This document shows, one piece after another, positions 40,630 to 48,142 of a stretch of DNA of 64,000 nucleotides. The notes below the pieces were generated by a model, which saw nothing but the letters and a program-made list of their open reading frames with translations, was not told the DNA's origin and made no database searches. The stretch comes from Candidatus Beckwithbacteria bacterium (lineage in GTDB: Bacteria > Patescibacteriota > Microgenomatia > UBA1400 > CG1-02-47-37): assembly GCA_026397255.1 (NCBI GenBank), contig JAPLVF010000007.1, positions 3,129 to 67,128 on the forward strand, given 5' to 3'. A program made the position numbers and the translations under genes. Positions within the stretch are counted from its first letter, which is position 1. Each line of letters opens with the position of its first letter.

Positions 40630-41342
40630 TGAAAAAATATAGAAACTTAATAATTTTAAGTTTATTGGGGTTAGCAATGATAGGAGTGATTTGTGGTCCG
40701 ATTTTAACGGGCTTATATAGTCGTTTGACGACTAATAAGCAGTTAAATCAGGAGTTGAAGGCCATGGAAAAGAAGTTGGCGGATTTAGAAGGAATTGATA
40801 AAAATTTAGTTAATGAGCGAGTGGTAAAAATGGAAACAGTTTTTCCCTCCGATAAACCGGTGGTGCAATTGCTCTCAACGTTAACACAATTATCGGGTAA
40901 ATATAGTCTTAATTTTGGCGGGGTATCTTTAAGTCCAGGCAGTTTGACAGATAATCAGACAACCAAAGACCAAGCGGAGGACAGTTTAAATGATATGAAG
41001 TTTGGATTTGAGGTCGGAGGAACCTTTGATAATATTTTAAATTTTATGAAGGAGTTAGAAAGAGCGGCCCCATTAATGAAAATAGACAAGGTTGGTTTAA
41101 TGATCAAGACTAGTCCCCTAGTCAGCGAACAACCAACAGAAGTGGCGGCGAAAATTGACGTTTCGGCTTTTTTCAAAGGTCCGCCGAAAACTATCGGAGC
41201 AATAACAGAGCCGGTAGCTTTATTAACCAGAGATGACGAGGCAATTTTATCAACGATGTTTACTTTTACTCAATTTCCGGTAATTCTACCGGTGGCTCAG
41301 ACCGGGAAAGTTGATCTGTTTGCAGCGGGTCTTGGAGACTAA
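40629..41342 (+). CDS. PilO-like protein
   Basis: TM + coiled coil; G.F..I..F...LE pattern. Confidence 0.65.
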   Translation: MKKYRNLIILSLLGLAMIGVICGPILTGLYSRLTTNKQLNQELKAMEKKLADLEGIDKNLVNERVVKMETVFPSDKPVVQLLSTLTQLSGKYSLNFGGVSLSPGSLTDNQTTKDQAEDSLNDMKFGFEVGGTFDNILNFMKELERAAPLMKIDKVGLMIKTSPLVSEQPTEVAAKIDVSAFFKGPPKTIGAITEPVALLTRDDEAILSTMFTFTQFPVILPVAQTGKVDLFAAGLGD

Positions 41343-41559
41343 CTTTGACTTTTAATCCTTGTTTGATGGCTTTAACTTTGGTTAGTTCCCGGATACTATT
41401 GATGATTTTGCCGCCTTTGCCGATTACCTTACCCATATCGCTAGGATCGACAGTGATGGTAATCAGGTGAACGCCGGATTCATCAATATCTTCCGTAACA
41501 TTGACAGCTTTAGGTTTATCGACAAGATTCGTTACCAGGAATTTGACTAAATTAAGCAT
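41266..41559 (-). CDS. khpA: KH-domain RNA-binding protein
   Basis: D.GKVIGKGG..I.SIR; downstream of rpsP. Confidence 0.85.
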   Translation of the reverse strand: MLNLVKFLVTNLVDKPKAVNVTEDIDESGVHLITITVDPSDMGKVIGKGGKIINSIRELTKVKAIKQGLKVKVSLQDPLQTDQLSRSEPPVELPEIE

Positions 41560-41785
41560 GGGTTTTAATTAGGCGGCTGACGGTAGCCGTGGGTTTAGCG
41601 CCATGAGCAATCCAGTAATTAACTTTTTTTAAATCAATTTTAATTGTATGGGGATGAGTATTAGGGTTATAAGTGCCGATTAAATCCAGATATTGACCGT
41701 CGCGTTTGCTTCTTTTTTCGTTGACCACAATTTTATAAGTGGCGTAATTTTTTTTGCCGGTACGGGTTAGTTTAAGTTTAAGCAT
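41552..41785 (-). CDS. rpsP: 30S ribosomal protein S16
   Basis: L.R.GKK, RDG, G.YNP, GAKPT.TV. Confidence 0.95.
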   Translation of the reverse strand: MLKLKLTRTGKKNYATYKIVVNEKRSKRDGQYLDLIGTYNPNTHPHTIKIDLKKVNYWIAHGAKPTATVSRLIKTHA

Positions 41786-42429
41786 AGGGAAATTATAGCA
41801 GATTTAGCGGCATGCTGTTGGGCTTCTTGTTTGGATTTGCCCTGACCAACGCCGGCCAATTTTTGTTTACAATAAACTTGGACGGTAAAAATCCGATTAT
41901 GGTCCGGCCCGGAAGTTTTAACTAATTTATAATGCGGGGCAATTTTGAATTGCTTTTGCCATTTTTCCTGAAGTTGGCTTTTAAAATCGGCAATTTCTAA
42001 TGTTTCAGAAAGATGGGAAAACTGGTTAATAAGTTGTTCTTGAATAAATTTCTTAACGGCAGTAAGTCCTTGATCAAGATAAATAGCGCCAATAAGAGCT
42101 TCAAAAACGTTGGCTAAAAGCGAAGGGTTTTTATCACCACCGGCTTTTTTCTCCCCACGGGAAAGAATTAATTGACTGCCAAGATTCTGGTTTTTGGCGG
42201 CGGCAGCTAATGTTTTTGTCTGAACAATTTGGGCCCGTTTACTGGTTAATTGACCTTCGGGAAGGTGGGGGTATTGATGATAAAGGTAATCAGACACAAT
42301 TAATTCCAAAACAGCGTCGCCTAAAAATTCCAATCTTTCATTGGAAATCTTACTGCCTTGTTTTTCGTTTATAGCCGAGCGATGAGTCAGGGCGGTGGTT
42401 AATAAAAAAGGGTTTTTAAACTGAATCAT
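41767..42429 (-). CDS. rnc: Ribonuclease III
   Basis: [18 protein letters not shown], dsRBD. Confidence 0.96.
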   Translation of the reverse strand: MIQFKNPFLLTTALTHRSAINEKQGSKISNERLEFLGDAVLELIVSDYLYHQYPHLPEGQLTSKRAQIVQTKTLAAAAKNQNLGSQLILSRGEKKAGGDKNPSLLANVFEALIGAIYLDQGLTAVKKFIQEQLINQFSHLSETLEIADFKSQLQEKWQKQFKIAPHYKLVKTSGPDHNRIFTVQVYCKQKLAGVGQGKSKQEAQQHAAKSAIISLCLNLN

Positions 42430-42740
42430 TTTTTAATGATGGCGCCTAAAACGCCATTAATAAATTTAGGAGTAGTTTCACTGCCATAAGTTTTAGCTAA
42501 CTCAATTGCTTCATCTATCACCACCTTTGGCGGGGTAATGCCGGCCTTCATTTCTTTAACCGCTAATCTTAAGATAGCCAAATCAACTTTATTTAATTTA
42601 TTAATCGGCCAATCAGGGGCATTTAGACTGATGATTTTGTCTATTTCTGTATTGAATTTTTCATTACGGAAGATCGAAGAAAAAAGTCTTTTAAATGATT
42701 TAATTCGTTTAAGGTGGCGGGGGTCAGAAACTGATTTCAT
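42426..42740 (-). CDS. nusB: Transcription antitermination factor NusB (short)
   Basis: W...[31 protein letters not shown]; start coupled to rpmF stop (TGATG). Confidence 0.88.
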   Translation of the reverse strand: MKSVSDPRHLKRIKSFKRLFSSIFRNEKFNTEIDKIISLNAPDWPINKLNKVDLAILRLAVKEMKAGITPPKVVIDEAIELAKTYGSETTPKFINGVLGAIIKK

Positions 42741-42892
42741 CAATATTGACGGCAATTGGGACACAAGACGTGAGGAGGTTTTTGTTGATGGCAATGAGGG
42801 CAAGGGACAAGGGTAGGTTTAGTTAAATGAATAGCTGCCCGGCGTTTTCCCTGACGGCGAGTAGAAATTTTTCTTTTAGGCTGCGGTGGCAT
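42740..42892 (-). CDS. rpmF: 50S ribosomal protein L32 (absent from ORF track)
   Basis: [23 protein letters not shown]...CPHC...[11 protein letters not shown]. Confidence 0.92.
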   Translation of the reverse strand: MPPQPKRKISTRRQGKRRAAIHLTKPTLVPCPHCHQQKPPHVLCPNCRQY

Positions 42893-44816
42893 ATGAATTT
42901 ATTTTATGCTTTTCTAGTTCTTTTTTCAAGAGCGGAGTTAGATTTTTTAAATTCGAAACGGCGTTCTTGGTTCTTTCGATTAAATCTGTCTCAGTTAATG
43001 AAGCAAATTTTAAATCAAAAAAACCATGTTGCTTTAAGCCATATAAATCGCCAGGACCGCGTAGCTTTAGATCTAGTTCGGCTAATTTAAGTCCGGAAAA
43101 GTTAGTTTCGAGATATTTTAAACGGGTAAAGGCAGATTGGCTTTGACTAAAAATAAGACAATAAGAATCTTTTTGGCTGCGGCCGACGCGACCGCGGAGT
43201 TGATGTAATTGGGCTAAACCAAATCTCTCCGCGTTTTCAATTAAAATAATGGTGGCATTAGGAAAATCAATCCCAACTTCAATGACTGGCGTGGCCACTA
43301 AAATATTAATTTTATTTTTCTTAAATTTCTCAAGAAGTTTGGTTTTTTCTTTATTTTTAAGGCGGCCGTGAAGTAAGCCTAACTTTAAATTATTAAAGAC
43401 AGACTTTAATTGATTAAACTCGAGCGAAACGGCCTTAATGTCTTTCATTGTTTCTTTTTCCGAGGGGTCAATCAGTGGACAAACAATAAAGGCTTGGGTG
43501 TGATTAGTAGTTATTTCTTTGGCAATCCAATGATAAGCATCTAACCGTTTTTCAGGAGGGACAACCCACGTTTTTACTGTTTTCCTGCCGATAGGCATTT
43601 CATCAAGGAGGGATAAATCCAAATCAGCATAGACCGTTAAGGCGAAGGTTCGGGGAATTGGGGTGGCGGTCATAGTTAATAGATGCGGAGTAATTTTATT
43701 TTCTGTCAGAATTTGTGAGCGTTGACGGACGCCGAACCGATGTTGTTCATCAATTACCAACAGGCCGATTTGTTTGGAAATTTTTCTGAATAAAAGGGCA
43801 TGGGTACCGACTAAGATGTGCGGAGCGCGGAGCGCGGAGCGCGGAGATTTTGTTGAGGAAGTGACTAATTGAATTTTAATACCGGTGTCAGCAAAAACTG
43901 TTTTTAAAGTTTGATAGTGTTGATTGGCTAGTATTTCTGTTGGGGCCATCAGGACTGATTGGTAGCCGTTTAAATAGGCAGCAAACATAGCAATGGCCGC
44001 CAAAACGGTTTTACCTGAACCAACTTCTCCTTGTAATAAACGGTTCATCGGCCGGTCTTTATTTAAATCAGCCAGAATTTCTTTTAAGCAGCGGTTTTGG
44101 GCGGAAGTTAACGAAAATGGCAAAGAGCTAATTAGGTTTAAAATCTTTTCCTGATCAATTTTAAATTGGTAGGATAACTTTTTTTCCTGCCAAGTTTTTT
44201 TTCTTTCCAGAGCCTCAAGTTGTAATAAAAACATTTCGTTAAAGCTTAAGCGTTTGACGGCGTCGTCAATTTGCCCTTGATTTTTAGGAAAGTGAAGCTG
44301 ATGCAGGGCAGAATTTAAATCAATTAAGCAATATTTTTTTTGAATGTCTAAAGGCAGCCAGTCAGCAATTTTTATTTGTTTTAAAAGATAATGAATGCGA
44401 GAACGGAGCCACTTGGAAGAAACACCGACGGTTTCTGGATAAATCGCTACGAGACGGCCAGTATGAATCAATTCTTGCCCCTCTTTAATTATTTCGTAGT
44501 CGTTGCCGCTGAAACGGATTTTAGTTCCTAGTGTAAGTGTTTTAATAAGAAAAGGTTGATTGAAATAGGTAATTTCTTGATTACCGTCGTTAGTTTTAAC
44601 AATAATTTTTTGAACTGTTTTGCCAAACCGAGTGTAGAGATTGCGGCTGCTGACAATGATTCCAATTTTAGCTTGGCTCAAGTCTTCATAACGGAAAGGA
44701 TAGTGATGAAGCAGGCCTTCGACAGAACTAATATTTAATCTTTTTAGTTTATGGGCATAAACCGGACCGATCAGGAAGAGTTGATCGATTAGGGTATCGA
44801 GGGTGAGTTGAGGCAT
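42876..44816 (-). CDS. recG: ATP-dependent DNA helicase RecG
   Basis: MNRLLQGEVGSGKT, DEQHRFGV.QR, TATPIPRT, QLRGRVGR. Confidence 0.95.
   Translation of the reverse strand: MPQLTLDTLIDQLFLIGPVYAHKLKRLNISSVEGLLHHYPFRYEDLSQAKIGIIVSSRNLYTRFGKTVQKIIVKTNDGNQEITYFNQPFLIKTLTLGTKIRFSGNDYEIIKEGQELIHTGRLVAIYPETVGVSSKWLRSRIHYLLKQIKIADWLPLDIQKKYCLIDLNSALHQLHFPKNQGQIDDAVKRLSFNEMFLLQLEALERKKTWQEKKLSYQFKIDQEKILNLISSLPFSLTSAQNRCLKEILADLNKDRPMNRLLQGEVGSGKTVLAAIAMFAAYLNGYQSVLMAPTEILANQHYQTLKTVFADTGIKIQLVTSSTKSPRSALRAPHILVGTHALLFRKISKQIGLLVIDEQHRFGVRQRSQILTENKITPHLLTMTATPIPRTFALTVYADLDLSLLDEMPIGRKTVKTWVVPPEKRLDAYHWIAKEITTNHTQAFIVCPLIDPSEKETMKDIKAVSLEFNQLKSVFNNLKLGLLHGRLKNKEKTKLLEKFKKNKINILVATPVIEVGIDFPNATIILIENAERFGLAQLHQLRGRVGRSQKDSYCLIFSQSQSAFTRLKYLETNFSGLKLAELDLKLRGPGDLYGLKQHGFFDLKFASLTETDLIERTKNAVSNLKNLTPLLKKELEKHKINSYATAA
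43820..43846. repeat. Tandem heptamer (GCGGAGC)x~4 inside recG
   Basis: GCGGAGC GCGGAGC GCGGAGC GCGGAG. Confidence 0.8.
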
Positions 44817-44923
44817 TATCTGAGGGAATAAAACAAAGGTAAAAGTGAGCCGATTAACAGACTGAGGCTGGAAATAGCGACCAGAATGGTAAAAAGTCTT
44901 TTTTGGCGTTTGTTTAATCTCAT
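44816..44923 (-). CDS. 35-aa single-TM small protein (absent from ORF track)
   Basis: MRLNKRQKRLFTILVAISSLSLLIGSLLPLFYSLR; overlaps tyrS stop (ATGA) and recG start (TAATG). Confidence 0.7.
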   Translation of the reverse strand: MRLNKRQKRLFTILVAISSLSLLIGSLLPLFYSLR

Positions 44924-46041
44924 ACGACTTTAACGAAAGTTTTTTGCCCGATTTTTAAACGGTCCCCTATTTTAAGCGGGGCGTATAGATCGGTAGTTTT
45001 AAGATTGTTAATATCAACGGCCCCTTGAATAATTAATCTTTTGGCTTCAGCGTTGCTAGCGGTAATTTGAGCTAAGGTTTTAATCAAGTTTTCTTTAAAT
45101 TTGATGGTTTCTTTGTATTCCGGGGCTTTTTGCTGAAACGTTTGCTCAAAATGTTTTTGGGCAACTTTGGCGTTGTTTAATCCATGGTATTGACTGGTGA
45201 TTTCTAAAGCTAGGGTTTTTTTAACCGTGAGAGGGTCATTTTTAGGCATTGTTTTGTCGGTGAAAAATTCCCAGTAGTCGGGCATTAATTCATCGCGCAC
45301 GGCCATCAACTTGGCAAACATGTCCTCGGCCGTGTCAGTCAGCCAGATACAATTACCTGAAGTTTTGTTCATTTGTTGGCCATCGGTGCCTAAAATCATT
45401 TTTCCGGCCAAGACAAATTTTTCCCGGTGATTGATTTTTTGCTGCAGTTCCCGACCGACGAGCATGTTAAAAATTTGATCAGTACCGCCTAACTCCAGAT
45501 CAACGTCCATAACAACGGAATCGTAACCTTGTAAAAGCGGATACATAGTTTCGTGATACCAGACAGTGTCTCCAAGTTTTAGTCGTCTTTGAAACATTTC
45601 TCTCTTAAAAAGCTGGACGGCGGAAATTTTCGAGGCAATCTCAATAATATCTTTTAAATTCATTTTTAAAAGCCAGTCGCCATTATATTTAATTTTGACT
45701 TTATTAAAATCAATAATTGGCTTAACTTGGTCTTTCCAAGTTTTGATATTCTGATCAATTTCCGTTTGAGTTATTAACTTTCTTGCGGTTCCCCGCTGGG
45801 AAGGGTCGCCAACCAAAACCGTGCCGGTGCCGAAAAGCAAAATCGCTTCGTGGCCAAGATCAGCGAACTGCTGAAGTTTTCTTAACATGACTGTATGGCC
45901 TAAATGTAAGTTGGTGGCCGTCGGGTCAATTCCCAAGTATAGCTTGATCTTTTTTGTCTGCATCAGTTTTTTCAGACCTTCCTTGCTGGGTAAAATCTGT
46001 TCTACTCCCCTAGCTAAAACCTGATCGATAGTTATTGGCAT
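44920..46041 (-). CDS. tyrS: Tyrosine--tRNA ligase
   Basis: YLGIDPT...LHLGH, YPLLQGYDS, GGTDQ.FN, C-terminal S4-like domain. Confidence 0.95.
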   Translation of the reverse strand: MPITIDQVLARGVEQILPSKEGLKKLMQTKKIKLYLGIDPTATNLHLGHTVMLRKLQQFADLGHEAILLFGTGTVLVGDPSQRGTARKLITQTEIDQNIKTWKDQVKPIIDFNKVKIKYNGDWLLKMNLKDIIEIASKISAVQLFKREMFQRRLKLGDTVWYHETMYPLLQGYDSVVMDVDLELGGTDQIFNMLVGRELQQKINHREKFVLAGKMILGTDGQQMNKTSGNCIWLTDTAEDMFAKLMAVRDELMPDYWEFFTDKTMPKNDPLTVKKTLALEITSQYHGLNNAKVAQKHFEQTFQQKAPEYKETIKFKENLIKTLAQITASNAEAKRLIIQGAVDINNLKTTDLYAPLKIGDRLKIGQKTFVKVV

Positions 46042-46808
46042 ATTAAATTTATAATTGATTTTAGTTTATTTTCCAACGGTGTTTTGTTGGGAAAAGCATT
46101 AATCAATTTCTCAAATAATATTGTAATACGATTTAAATGGTTTTTCACCGCAGGATTTAACTTAGCAACATTCCACTCCGGAGTGGAATGTTGATCAATT
46201 ATTATTCTAGCGGCGGGGTCGGTAGAAAGGTATGGACTTTCTTGGGGTTTATTAGGATTAATAGTGACTCCGGGTTTAGTAAAAATCGACTGAATCGGAA
46301 GACCAAATTGTTGGTCAAAATGAGATTCGTCAGTTTTATGATTAGTTTCGGCTAAAGAAAAACTCCAGCCGATTTTAAGGCCGCAATTATGTTGGTTAAA
46401 AAAATGTAAGACATCTCTTGTTTCCAGTGCTTCGTAAGATTGCGGTAAAGCATTGGGGAAAATTTCTGACGCCTTAAATATATACCAATTTTCAAGCTTA
46501 AAATTTGTAATAATTATTTGAATAATTTGATGTAAATTAGCAGCGGCCTTTTTACACTGTTCCCTATCAAGATTATTCGCCAGCCAGGCGTGCTGATCGG
46601 CAACTAATAAAAATACCTGACTTTTTGGGATTTGAAGCTTAACAAATTCGGCGGACAAGAGAAAACCAATTAAGTCAAACGGCGCAGCCTGGCTGATTTT
46701 GGTTTCAGTGGCGATGCCGGTACCAAGAAAAATATTTGGTTTTGTTTGGTCCACTATAAAATCTGCCTGGTTAGGCCAAAAAAGCGGATTTTGCGATAAA
46801 TTTATCAT
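46032..46808 (-). CDS. Hypothetical protein, possible class Ic aaRS-like catalytic-domain paralog
   Basis: LLVADQHA, ASE, SYEALETRDV in TyrRS/TrpRS-like order; overlaps tyrS start. ORF solid, function speculative. Confidence 0.5.
   Translation of the reverse strand: MINLSQNPLFWPNQADFIVDQTKPNIFLGTGIATETKISQAAPFDLIGFLLSAEFVKLQIPKSQVFLLVADQHAWLANNLDREQCKKAAANLHQIIQIIITNFKLENWYIFKASEIFPNALPQSYEALETRDVLHFFNQHNCGLKIGWSFSLAETNHKTDESHFDQQFGLPIQSIFTKPGVTINPNKPQESPYLSTDPAARIIIDQHSTPEWNVAKLNPAVKNHLNRITILFEKLINAFPNKTPLENKLKSIINLICQ
46166..46193. repeat. Family B palindrome inside the 258-aa ORF
   Basis: CAACATTCCACTCCGGAGTGGAATGTTG. Confidence 0.9.
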
Positions 46809-46811
46809 AGG

Positions 46812-46896
46812 TGCTGAGGGAGGGATTTGAACCCCCGAAGCTTAAAAGCAACTGTTCTACAGACAGCCCCGATTGACCGGACTCCGGCACCTCAGC
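46812..46896 (-). tRNA. tRNA-Tyr(GTA)
   Basis: Acceptor GCTGAGG/CCTCAGC+A; anticodon arm GCTGT-CTGTAGA-ACAGT; long variable arm. Confidence 0.9.
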
Positions 46897-46939
46897 ATAA
46901 AATGGAGCACATCAGCCAAAGGCTGATTGGCCTATGGCC

Positions 46940-46963
46940 AAAAAAATCCCGCTAAGTGCGGGA
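46940..46963 (-). terminator. Intrinsic terminator of the T-box-like leader
   Basis: TCCCGC-ACTTA-GCGGGA-TTTTTTT. Confidence 0.8.
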
Positions 46964-47098
46964 GTCAAGTCAAACAGATAAATTTATCTGTAAAATATTG
47001 ACGTGCTCCGTTGCCGACACACGCTAGTTCTGTGACGGGAACTCCCGTAGCTGATTTTGTCAGCTCTGCTCCAGAGTGTAAAAATTCTCTTTCATCGC
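46940..47098 (-). ncRNA. T-box-like riboswitch leader with Tyr (UAC) specifier
   Basis: GCGATGA...GGAGC stem I base, loop with TAC, IIA-like AGTTC-CCGTCACA-GAACT, antiterminator GTGTG[TCGGCAAC]GGAG/CTCCCGCAC overlapping the terminator. Confidence 0.65.
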
Positions 47099-47124
47099 TT
47101 TATTAGATTGTCAAAGATGGGTGT

Positions 47125-47153
47125 ATTATAGCACAGAAATTAAAAATCCGCAA
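47125..47153 (-). promoter_or_regulatory. Promoter of the T-box/tRNA-Tyr/tyrS unit
   Basis: TTGCGG-N17-TATAAT with extended TG; boxA-like ATCTTTGACAA just downstream. Confidence 0.6.
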
Positions 47154-47478
47154 GAGTCGGGAGTTGGAGGTGATTTTCAATCCGCCGGGTCCGTTTTTCC
47201 AGATCAAGATAGTCATGTTCAAAAAGATCAATAATATCGTCAGTTTTTTTGTCAATTTTTTTGACGTCTTTTTTCAATCCAAGAACATTTTTCCCGGTTT
47301 CTTTTGATTGTTGTTCTAAGTCTATTACCCTGTTGTTTAGGTTTTTTAATCTATCTTGAAGCTGCATTCTTGAAAGTATAATTTCCGCTCGTAAGCTTTT
47401 CTGTCCAGTTTCCGATTCGGAAACCACTTCTTCTCTAACAACTTTTTTAATTTTGCTTAAATCTTGCTTGGTTAACAT
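47140..47478 (-). CDS. Coiled-coil hypothetical protein
   Basis: MLTKQDL..I start, heptad pattern. Confidence 0.65.
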   Translation of the reverse strand: MLTKQDLSKIKKVVREEVVSESETGQKSLRAEIILSRMQLQDRLKNLNNRVIDLEQQSKETGKNVLGLKKDVKKIDKKTDDIIDLFEHDYLDLEKRTRRIENHLQLPTLADF

Positions 47479-47501
47479 AAGTCTAAATTAGCACGTTAAA
47501 T

Positions 47502-48116
47502 TTACTTTTTCAACCAGGAAACGCCCAGATAAGTAAACGGGGTTTCGATAATCGACATAGAACATTTTAAGAACCAGTAGGGCCAGATTAAAGAAACTAG
47601 AAAACCAATATTACCAGGGGCATAAAAAGCTAAGGAATAAAAGATAACCGTGTCAAAGAGTTGGCCAATAAAGTTGGATAAGTTATTTCTCAGCCATAAA
47701 TTTTTCTGGCCTAATTTTTCCCTGATTTTGCTAAACACGAAAACATCAAAGCGTTCGCTTAAGAAAAAAGCGGTTAGACTGGCTAGAGTAATGCGCAAGG
47801 ACTTGGCAAAAATTAAGTTATAAGCGTCGTTGGTCGGCAGAAAACGTTTGGCTGGCGGCAAGGAAATACAGAGGAGGTTGTAAGCGGCTAAACCAATTAA
47901 AATGTATAAACTGATTTTAATAAAACTGCGGGCGCGGGCTTTGCCGTAAACTTCAGTGACAATATCGTTAATGGTGAAGGTTAAGGGAAGGATAAAGATA
48001 CCGACGGCGGCTTTAATAAAACCGATTTGAAAAATTTTGCTGCCGAGTAGTTCGGCGCTAACAATAGCGGCGATGTAGACAGCCAAGAGTAAATCAAGTT
48101 TCTGAGTTTTGTCCAT
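47502..48116 (-). CDS. yhhQ: Queuosine precursor transporter (YhhQ/VUT family)
   Basis: P.TF.INDI..EVYG...AR, RI..ASL.AF..S...D, LWLRN..S..IGQ..DT. Confidence 0.88.
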   Translation of the reverse strand: MDKTQKLDLLLAVYIAAIVSAELLGSKIFQIGFIKAAVGIFILPLTFTINDIVTEVYGKARARSFIKISLYILIGLAAYNLLCISLPPAKRFLPTNDAYNLIFAKSLRITLASLTAFFLSERFDVFVFSKIREKLGQKNLWLRNNLSNFIGQLFDTVIFYSLAFYAPGNIGFLVSLIWPYWFLKCSMSIIETPFTYLGVSWLKK

Positions 48117-48142
48117 AAAGTTAAAAGGAGTATATTATATTT

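Noticed and set aside
42741-42803. N-terminal extension of nusB in the ORF track
   Set aside because: Region is occupied by rpmF; TGATG coupling gives the start at 42740
48117-48142. preQ1 riboswitch upstream of yhhQ
   Set aside because: Only 26 bp of divergent promoter; no preQ1 stem or A-rich tail
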